In this document: one piece after another, positions 26,301 to 36,316 of the stretch | Layout of the letters: each line of letters starts with the position of its first letter | Numbering within the stretch: position 1 is the stretch's first letter | Assembly (NCBI GenBank): GCA_000934665.2 | Contig: KZ538731.1 | Location: 1 to 50,600, forward strand | Source of the DNA: Catajapyx aquilonaris | Lineage: Eukaryota | Length of the DNA: 50,600 nt | Direction of reading: 5' to 3' | Notes under the pieces: generated by a model | Database searches by the model: none | What the model was told of the DNA's origin: nothing | Seen by the model: the letters and a program-made list of their open reading frames with translations, nothing else | Program-made: the position numbers and the translations under genes

Positions 26301-29300
26301 TTTGGCCGCCTGGTAGCCCAGTCAGCTTGCAAATATCCCGCTTTATAAATCGCCAATACAAGTTGAGTGACCCAGAGCCAATTGCTTGATCAATATACGA
26401 CGCCCTATTGACCAGGCTTGAAAACACTTGCCCCGGCACGGATTCCTTGCATGGAAACCCCTCCTTTTTTTTCTTTTTGGTACTTATTTTCCTCGAGAAG
26501 AAGGCAATAGAGGAGAGACAAACACGACACGCAATGCCCTCGTTGTGCACAAGATTTCCAGTCGTATTTGTGGGTTATTGCCACACGTGCGGACCTACGC
26601 AATGTGACGAATTAATGGGCAGGTGGATGACACTAACAGTGTTTACACCGTGGTTTACACTTAGATTTATCAAGTACGTGGAGGGTGTTGCACGGCACAT
26701 GCTGGGGCAAAATTACTGGTCCAAGTCGCCTGTCGATGAGTTTCACTTCCTGCAAATCGTTACAAAATGTCTGGAATATAAACGACTATCTGATAATAAG
26801 GAAAAGCAATGTCGTTTAATCCGACTTTGAGGAAAACTCCGCATCTAATCATCAACTGACGTTGTCATGACGTCCTCACCACAGCAGTACATCCTGCACG
26901 AAGGTAGCCGACAGGCCGGAGACAGTTCGTCACAATAATGTCCGGCTTTTTGGTTCATTCAGTTCTCTAGCATACAGGCTGATGCAAAACTCAGGTATTT
27001 GAACATTTCCTCAGCGACATTCCAAAGGCTACTTGCTGATAGGTCTCTACAACGTATACCCACTGCGATGTCCCACTTTTAGCACTGTTTGCAGGTCACT
27101 ATTTTTGACAATCTAATCAGGACATGATCATTAGATATAAATGTGATGTCATCAGTCACAAATGGTTGAAGTCCTGCTGCCATGCCGGTGACAGTCACAT
27201 GATCCAAATATGTGTATATAATGGCAGCACGGCCTCCTTTGGTGTCGCCGTTACCTTCCCAGTATAAGAGGCCCCAAAAAAGACTAGGAAAACTGTAAAA
27301 ATCAGGCGAATTACTGAGGGAGAGGCAGTGAACCTGGCCATTCCTGAGCTAAGCCTAATCTTCGCACCCAAAAGCCCGGTACGGAACCCTGGTAAATCGC
27401 TGATTGTGAGAAATTTTCCTCGAAATATCCGCCTCTTCCGTCGCAGGTGGCCGTCGAAGAAGGTAAACAACCTCCCCTTTGGCTGTGGAAGGCTGAGTTT
27501 CCTTCTTCCTCCCCCCAGTCCCCCGCCTCCCCCCAATTCATTGTACTCAGCTAATCCACAAGCAAACCCGTAGATCCTGAGGTGTTCCGCCACCGATTCA
27601 CCCCCCTGGCAAACCCCCTCCCACCCACCCACCTCTCAGAAACATGTAATTACGCCAGAAGACAATGCGAATCAATCCAGTTTTTTTGTCTGTGGCACAA
27701 TGTTGCGCAGCCCACATTAGTTCCGGTCTCCAGTTGCGTCGAAGATGACCACGATTGTGGTGGGCGAAAAAAAGTGACGTCCATTCAATGGCTTATTAAT
27801 GCGGCATGTGACCCGGGTACACGTCATTCGATTCATTCTTAGATTCCTCACGTCTAATTTTGCACTGGTTCTATTGTTGCTCATTATTCACCAGCATAAC
27901 CAACCCAGGATAAAGGATGCTCCTGCTGACATTCTGTTGTGACCTTCTGTCAAGCCGCAGGCATTTATACCTCAATACCAGCACTAAAATGATGGCACGT
28001 GTAGGTCACGCAGCACTGGAAGTAAGACAGTTGAAGATAAGATGTCCAAACAGGCGTATACACTGTAATACGTACCGCACGTCCTGGCTAGCAATACCAG
28101 AGCAATAAAGTACGTGACCATGGTGACACGTATTCTTGAAACAATTGTTCGTGCTCACTTGACAGGAATGATAGATGCCAGGCTACCAACCGACAAAAAA
28201 AAGAAGTTATGCAGCAACAATGCCTAATGGACCACATTGCACCACGTGTTTGCGTGTTGCTGTGGGTTCCACAGATCGTTGTGGTTTCCAAGTTATTTTT
28301 TAGGCTGGCCCCTGGAGGAATAGCTTTCGTCAATCAAGTGGGCCAACTTTCCCAGGAATGTGCTTCTCAAATCGTAGGGTGGGGCTCTCTTCACAATATG
28401 TGCGGGCTAGCTTTCTAACCAGTACACTGTACTTTGGAAGTGGGGGTGATTAATTTCACTGGCTGTGGTAATGCCTCTTTGCACGTTATTATGTAAAGCT
28501 GTTAAGTGAGAATCAGCAAGGCACGTTCCATGAAACGGTCGCTAATGTCCGGCTCCTCATTGCCTGCTCACGTTTTGTCTTATTGCAACATTCAAATACG
28601 TATACGAAGGTCGTGTACCAATTACTGCCAATAAACAGGATTAACTTGGCTCGCCTATATTTGCACACCAAATTGCACCATGTGGCTCGTATGTTTCAAA
28701 ACGGGCACGCCTCTCGTTGTGCACCGCAGTGTGGATGTCAACAAAGTGTGACACCTGTGGATTCCCAATTAGCAGCCCCGGGCATTCGCCAGACGAAACA
28801 CATGTGGAAAGCAGAGTTTCTCGAGGTGTAAGTCAAGTGGCGAAAATGTTACCGGTCTTGCTCGGCTGACTCATGCACCTTTTTGTTGCATGGAAATAAA
28901 ACAGCCTAACGAGTATGCATGTATTTCGAGCACGTGTCGCGCACGTTCCCTTACTAGTTGCATCCAGAATGGCGAACACACTTCAGCAATGAATGCGATA
29001 GTTCGTGACGGTATGGAATGCGAGTGTGCTATCGGCACGGAAAAGGAATGCGCGTCTTGCTCCATGGACAACAACACGGGCTGGCATATACACCGGGGTC
29101 CCCCACTTCCTTCCGCTCGGCCTGGCATTCACCCATCTGATTTCGACACACCTGACCTTGCGGACATTCCCCATTTTCCTCCTCCGCAACATTGGTATTC
29201 ATTGTGACGTACTTGACAATGACAATCGGTTCGTAACGCATTTATGTCCAACTCGAGGGCAAAATTGCGGATTCAACCTATATTTCCAAAGAGCCACGGG

Positions 29301-32300
29301 TGTCCATACACTATCCAAGGTTTTGGTTCGTGACAGGTCACCCACCATGCCCAAGTGGTGATGGAAAAGAGGCCGGTTATAAGCTATCCCCGATTCCTAG
29401 GCCTCCAGTATCCTCCTCTGAATGTAATGAGGCTTCCAAAAGTGTGATCGCGCATGACAGTCACCAGTATTATGTCCTACCGGTCGCGTCTATACCTGAC
29501 CCGGAATATTATCAGGCTATTACTGAAGGGCCAGGCCTCGCTGTGCAGCAGTTCAGTTGGGCTGGTACAAAGTAACTGATAACACAGTACAACAACCTGC
29601 AAGAGGCAGTCGATTGACACACTGGCCATTGCTGGGGTCAAACGACCACATCACTAGTACCACAAAAAAGCAACATTTCCCGCACGGCGCATATTGTATG
29701 ACACCATCATTCTTTTCCTTGGTAGGTCATCGCATATAATATGTTTATGACAAAGACCTTCCGTGCAAAAATGCCGCTCCTCAAGGGCAAGTCCCAATCC
29801 TTTCCGAGTGACTCGATATTATATTGGATAAATACGCAGGCATGTGATAAGATTAAACAGGCGTCCCTGGTTAATTGCCGCAACGTGTCTTGGGGACAAG
29901 TCGACGACCATCTCATCCGGTCGTTTTATAGGTTTAAAATGGCTCAATAATGTCGCTCATCAGACATCAATCCGGAAGTGCCAGAGGGAATGACCTCCCA
30001 GGAAACGACCTTTGGAAACAATGGAAATTCCCGCCCCCCAATGTCCCCGCATCTTGACAAAACAGCCTCTGAAAGGATTCATTCAAATCTTCATCGCGGC
30101 CATTGACCAAGTTCGCATTTTATAGAGGCACTTCACCTAGCTGATATCTGCATCTCCATATCATGCACTGCTGGTATACAAACTGCACAATACTACCGAA
30201 ACCTGTACCATTTGCCGAGGCGAATTTGTCATCATTCCACAACTACACCACATACATTCCGGTTCCTAAAGGGAAAGTTCTCCATTTCATTCCTTATATT
30301 ATTTTTTTGCGCTCTGATCCACACCTTTTCGGATTTTCCCTATGTCGGGAGGCGCATAATTTGCATTCCAGACGGCGAAATTAGCGGTGTTGCAATGCGG
30401 ACTAAATTGCGTCACGCCTTTAGTGGTTTCTCGGGAAGGACATTATAACTCATTCGACGCTGCCTCGGCAATGTTGTCGGTTTGCTATGTCCGCGTGGTC
30501 TTGGCCGCGCCGCGGTTCGAGCAGGTGAGAGTGAAATGATCCTTTTCGGTTTCTATCCGGAAGTAATCAGACCTGTTCATCACTCGGTTAGGGCCACATA
30601 ATGGGGAGCATTCTCCCAACTACTACACACTGCAGTGATGAATAACTCAGCGTGAAAGTGTATAGTACCAAGACGAAAATGGACGTGCCATTCCTTCAGG
30701 GTTGAATAGCTTCATCGGAATGAAAATTGTTTAGCAAGCAAGCAGAAAATATTGACCATGTAAAAATGTCGCGCATTTAAATAATTATCCTCAATGGCTA
30801 TTGCTATTGAGGGTTATAACTAAATCATAAAGGTCGTAAATGAAGGCATGCCGAACTTGCTCTGCAATAATTACAGTGAATGGATGTCTGTTGTACATTT
30901 CAATTCGCACACATTTAAACGGACTGCAGCTATTTACTGCACATGAAAAGATGTGATAAGATTAGCATATCACTGATATCAGATGTCTCAAGTTTGTGCC
31001 CTTGATATGATCTCTTGGGAGAATGCTGAAGCTGTGATACTTTTTTTTCAGAAGGCATGTATCAAGTACAGTAATCAGTCTTCTGTAGGCGAAAGTTCCG
31101 CAACTTATATGTGCACATTTTCAACCACACAATTGACTGGTACCAATTAATTCCTCATGAGACGTCCCTCCCGTAAGTCTACTCTTCGAAGAAAAAAAAT
31201 GTTGTTCCTTTGTTGGATTTTTTTTGTAATAATATATTGTATTCTTAATAATTCCCCTTCCTCCCAGCGTTTATTTATAATATTTACATTTAAATATATC
31301 CAATAGTTTATACTTTATAGTGATCAAGTAAAAAAGTGACCGGCTTACAGTTTTACATTCCCAAGCTTTTATTCATTCTTTATGATCGTATACAGTAGCT
31401 TCTTTCAAAAATGTTTGCGGATTTTAAAGATAGCTACACTCTCAATAAAATTGGCACCAACTAGGTACCAATGGCTTGTCCTCCCAGTACATCGCGTCCT
31501 TTACTGGTGACAAATTGCACGGTTCTCTACGAGTGGCTTCTGTCACAAAATCGTTACCCATATTGGTCTCAAGATTTATTTCTCAATAGCACTCATTATC
31601 ACTTATTAATCTAGTCTAGGTGTACTATATTAGTCACAAAACTTGTTCCCCTAAAATACTCAAATTAACCGCTTAAAATTCTCAACGCCCACAATCCCGA
31701 AGACATTTTACTGTGTACCGGAATCCTTCTTGGGGATATATGGCGAGCTTTGAGGGTGCTTGCCATTAAACTATAATCGTTCAATACTCAACATAGACGC
31801 CAATTTAAATGTGCGTGTCTACCTTTGCGTATTCGGTTATGGAGTTGCTCATGCAAGCTTCAGCGCACTACTATTTCACCACAAAAACCTATGACTCACT
31901 CGATACAGTCATAATAATCCAGTCGTGGATCTAATCAACTATTTTTTTACATTTTACAGTAATAGGTTAATCAACGCTTAATCCCCCTCCGGGAAACAAT
32001 TCGCGCCATTACGGCCTATTTGTATCAACCTGCGCCGTATTTGCTGCGACCTTCCTGATTTGAATACCCGGCATGCAACTACATCCGTTAATTACCCCAA
32101 TGCAATTACCCCCTTCGCCACCTACTTGACAGCCACTACAAAACGCCAAAGGTCACGCTCTAACAATCCATGCATCTAACAGCACCCGGCACGAAAAAAA
32201 TAAAAAGCAAAACTCCAGCAGCTCATCCACTCTCAATCTCAAACGTCCATCCCATAAAGCCCCTCGCAATCTAGGCTACGAGGCCGAAGAGGTGAGAGAT

Positions 32301-35128
32301 ATCTCATCCTCAATCCTACGCTCGAGGCCATCGGATTAAAAACTTTTTATGTTTACACGTCAGCAGGTATAAAAATGCAGAAAATAAATAAAAAAAACGC
32401 GAATCTGCACATCACTAGGGGATCACCTTTTGGTGTTACGTGTTGATGCGAATCCATGAATACAAACAGTGGCTGTTGACGCTCTGCAGTAGCATGTCAT
32501 CTAGACCTGACCTTGCCCGGTTTGCTTTGCCAATGCGGAAATAGCAACCTTTGAAGCTAGGAAATCTGACCAACTCAAACGAGTGTGTCAATATTTTAAG
32601 TGCTGGTTGTGCATACACGAGCGGCGACGCAGTAGTTGCCACTGATCAAATCTATAACGTTGCGTTCTTGTTAATTTCCTCTTGGTTATCAGTATTGGCC
32701 ACTATGGTATCGTGGGCTGCCTACTTCGAGAGGGGTTGCGGGGGAGGGCACGTGTGCGACTCGGTTTATTGGGGAACTGGGTCGCAGACCACCATTATGC
32801 GAGTGTGACAATCGATGGGTATTTCCCAACTCATTCGAAATGTTGGATTCGGTTTGGCATATCACTGATATCAGTCCGAGGTATTCATCCAGTGATGGTG
32901 TTATTATCGATTCGCTTTAAATTACTTCGGAACCCTCGCATGAATAATATCAGCGATGAATTGTCATGAAATGGTACTCATGTTCCTGAGTCGGTTTGCC
33001 AAATGAAGATAAATAATAAAAAAGGCTTGCCCGCTTCCAAGCGAATGAATCTTTAAAACACCGCATTTAAAAGCGCTCACATAATGGTTCACAAAATAGA
33101 CGCACCCTGTGTACATATCGGTCGTGCAATGAGTCACATAGTACAATGAGGAGTGTCTTGTCAAAAAAAAAAATGACATCTTTCTGGCTGGTTGGTCCGG
33201 GATAAATGCATGACCTGGTGCGACTGTACTTCGCAAAGAAGACCTCTAAATGTAACTAATATTAGATCAATGACACTGCAATGCTCGTCTCAGAATCGTC
33301 TCAAGCCGTCGACAAAAAAATTGACCTACTCAGTCCCCGAGTATTTCCACGCTGTTTGCTGCAACAAAATCCATCAAATTCCATCAACAAAATTCCAGAA
33401 TGTGACCAAGCTTACCCACGCCTTCTTCCTTTTTCCACACAAAAAACACGTAAATTTGGCATCAACGATAGGGTCCCAAGTCCCTTACCTAGTGGAATCC
33501 CGGGACAAAAGGAGAATGAAAGAGTATATGGCCCGCACATTCCGTGTTGCTGGTCGACGGCCCTCTTTCCGGTCCAAAGGAATAATCGTACCATTTAGAA
33601 GGCGTTAATTTATCTCCTTTCTTGGGCTCTCCCAAAGAAAAGCACCAGGCATGTGATGCCAAATTCGCTCATGCATAACCAGCCATTTCCTTCCTTTAAT
33701 GTTAATAACAATGCCACATCGCACGTGTCAGGAACGTCCGCGTTTAATACTATTCCTCCATATAAAAGGCACCTCTTGTAACCCTAAAATTGACTTCTGT
33801 GTAGATTACACTCGGGTCAAATTGCAGCAAATCGCTTTGGAGGATATCAAATGGAAAAGTAGTCTCCTACCTAGTCGCATATTATGGCTGGGTGCAATAA
33901 AGGTACCGAATTAACAACCAGAAACAAAGGAGGGGTTTTGGATCAACTGAACTGCATCATTCATCACAATGCTCCGGTCCTGGCACTTTCCATGGCATAA
34001 TAAACCGAGAAAGGGTGAGAACTATCAACACTTCAGTCTCGACCCAGAGGAATTCTACCCCACATTATTTCCCTTTCTTGGGCGAATATAGCTGCAAAAA
34101 TATTTGCGCGACTGCTGCGGGATACTGCAACTGTCTGCCAATTGCGTCCTTGAATACTGATCAATTTTTATGTGCCCAACATGTGGAAATAACAAAATGG
34201 TTGCCAAACCGAGCATGCCGATGCTGCAGCCGGCACAAAGTTCAACGTCCTATTTTTTTTAAATTAACTACGCTCTTGCAAATTGCGAATATATTCGGTA
34301 AGAGGACACGCGCCACACGCGCCTGCATGGTGACGCATTCTTTTCCTATCGGTTGTTTCTTGGAATCATTTCATTGTGTTGCTCCACTTTGTTGTGTTGG
34401 TCAGTCTTCATAATGTGCACTAGTACAGTAGATTGTGGGCACTTCGGCACTAGACATCGCAACATTTTCAATCCTTATGTAATCTTCACTTCTCCGGTAG
34501 ATTTATGTGCTGACTACTAGGTTTACGGCTTTTTATTTTAGCACTACGTTTTTTTTTGTCAAGTGTGGTAATAGTTGAAGGGGAAAATCCCCCAACCCGC
34601 CTCCCCTTGGGCGCCCTTCTGTGGCTGAAGGGCACTAGGTCGCACCAACAATTTTCCGAGCAGCAATTAAACCTGACTGGCCCATCGGTGAACAGCACCG
34701 CAGGGCACACCCTGCCCCAAAAATAGCCCTTCGCACATACACACGCACACACCGGTGTAAGATGGACTTACCCTAACCCTGACGAAATAGTTGTCCTTAT
34801 CCTTCTTCTTGCTCTCGTGGGTGACCACCACCACTGTCTTCGGAGAGGCTGGGGACCTCCCTGGGCTGACCTCCCTGGCCCCAGTCGCCGCCGTGGTGGT
34901 CCTGGTGGCACTGTGGCTCCTGGTGGTGGTGCCAAAGTCCCCTCCAGTGATGTGGATCTGTGTCTTGTGCTGCACAAGCGCCCTACTCTTGCCATTGTTG
35001 TTTCCATTGCATTTGACGGAGGAGTGGTGATTGTGATGGTGGTGGTGGAGAAGGTTTCCGTTGACCACAACGTTCGCGTTGGAATCGCTACTGCTCATGG
35101 CGGTCACCCCTCCCAGGGCGGACAACAT
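2304..35128 (-). CDS. RHPN2: Rhophilin (HR1 Rho-binding, BRO1 and PDZ domains), 13 coding exons, ~775 aa using the distal first exon
   Basis: Minus-strand join: 34772-35128, 11519-11634, 6784-6912, 6584-6659, 6444-6521, 6231-6355, 4489-4747, 4292-4390, 3889-4162, 3631-3825, 3241-3467, 3003-3173, 2304-2525. All introns are GT-AG with matching phases. HR1: [71 protein letters not shown]1: [91 protein letters not shown]. Stop TAA at 2304-2306. The core exons are firm; the choice of first exon is less certain. Invertebrate Rhophilin is co-orthologous to RHPN1/RHPN2. Confidence 0.93.
5111..5431. mobile_element. Tigger/pogo-like (Tc1/mariner superfamily) MITE, copy 1
   Basis: TA|CAGGAAGTCCCTGGTCTAAGAAC ... 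GTTTGTAAACCGGAGACCTCCTG|TA: imperfect TIRs with TA on both sides. Both ends align by eye with the copy at 40788-41531. Confidence 0.72.
5918..6096. mobile_element. Palindromic PIF/Harbinger (Tourist-like) MITE
   Basis: TTA|AGGTGCGTTCACAC ... GTAAATGCACCT|TTA with a perfect 3-bp TTA target duplication. Nearly the whole 179 bp is an imperfect inverted repeat. Confidence 0.8.
13564..13611 (-). CDS. Rhophilin candidate alternative first exon D ([16 protein letters not shown])
   Basis: atcATGG start, 16 codons, donor AAG|GTAAAT, phase 0. Gives RK|GSDP, like the RKG junction ahead of HR1 in vertebrate RHPN2. GC-rich upstream region 13620-13890. Confidence 0.62.
18486..18539 (-). CDS. Rhophilin candidate alternative first exon C ([18 protein letters not shown])
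   Basis: ATG at 18539, 18 codons, consensus donor GTG|GTGAGT, phase 0, joins GSDPR in frame; GC-rich upstream region. Confidence 0.62.
24014..24059. other. Assembly gap (46 N)
   Basis: Run of N in the sequence; the true length of the large Rhophilin intron is therefore uncertain. Confidence 0.99.
27255..27341 (-). CDS. Rhophilin candidate alternative first exon B ([29 protein letters not shown])
   Basis: ggaATGG start, 29 codons, donor AAG|GTAACG, phase 0, compatible with the 11634 acceptor; G-rich upstream island. Confidence 0.4.
34772..35128 (-). CDS. Rhophilin candidate first coding exon A (distal; His/Asn/Thr-rich N-terminus)
   Basis: ATG at 35128 (or in-frame ATG 35098) reads open to NYFVRVR, then a consensus donor AGG|GTAAGT at 34771. 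Phase 0 matches the 11634 acceptor (GSDPR). GC-rich island; YFxR..G recalls vertebrate RHPN2 GYFRKG. Confidence 0.78.
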
Positions 35129-36176
35129 CGGGGGCCGATAGGGGAAGCGACACTACGCACTGTCTGCGGACCTCCCTCTGCCGCACCTGACCGATGAAGC
35201 CGCGTGCCCTACAACAACCGACAGAACCTCGGAGGGAGGCAAGGGGGAAGAAGCGATTCACCTGCCCCACAAGAAAAGCCATCCAACACTGGGCCCACCA
35301 ATCAGGGAGGAGCGCATGGTCAGACGTCACCAGGAAAGGGGAGGGGCATACCCGAGCCTCAGAGCATAGCAGCTCATGTTACCCAACTGCGATAATAGTT
35401 TCATTACCCTGCTTTATTTCAGGTGTAATGTGCACCTGCTGCTTACACGCTCTATGAATAGATTTATCATGTAAAAAGTCCAATCAAACCACGTGAAATA
35501 AAACCTTTCCACTTTTGATCAGATTGTGATTCACTCCTGCCTGTAGGAAAATTGATGCAAAAAAACCAAATTTTAGCAAATCCTCTCTTTTCATACATCT
35601 GACATGCTCACAATGCATATTTCCGGCGTTGGGACAAACTGCTGGTAATAAAGTTGTCCATGCCTTCACACCTACAAAAGTAGTGAGTCCCATGTGCACT
35701 GTGCCAAGTACAATGGAGCATTCAATAGTACGATGATGCATTCAGTCACATAAACTCTTTGCAAACCGGAATGGCCCAAGGGACTTTAGTAAATCGTGCC
35801 TTTCACATTACAGTCGCAAAAAGAGGATCTTCGTGACGTACTGTACTCAGCAGGTAGCCCCAAGCCCCAGACGCCCAATAAACCCACCTATTAAAGCTTA
35901 CAGGTGATGATCTTCAAGGCTGAACTTTTCGGTTGAGCTGAGGCTTCCATCCTCAAGGGCATAATGACGGCCTTGCAATGTTGGCAGGGGGAGGAAAAAA
36001 ATATTAAGAAACCATGGTGGAAGAAACCATCCATAGGTCCCTGGCACCTTGGCCTTGAACTAATGGCAAGTCAACCTGAGAAAAAGGCACATGAAAAAAA
36101 AATCCATAACATGGACTACTCTGTATTAAATATAAATGCATCATTAAGCTCACATCATCGTGATAGAATTTTTTTG

Positions 36177-36182
36177 TTTATT
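36177..36182 (-). promoter_or_regulatory. Candidate DDX1 polyadenylation signal AATAAA
   Basis: Plus-strand tttatt ~135 nt past the DDX1 stop codon. Confidence 0.5.
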
Positions 36183-36316
36183 TCAGCAGATCTTGCAGTG
36201 GTGTCAACCATAATGTCACAAGGTGTAGGTGAAGTCATTTCAATTGGGTTATCACAAGGCCATAACAGTCATGTTTGTGCATCCACACTGATAGCAAATC
36301 CAAAAGAGAACCCTTT

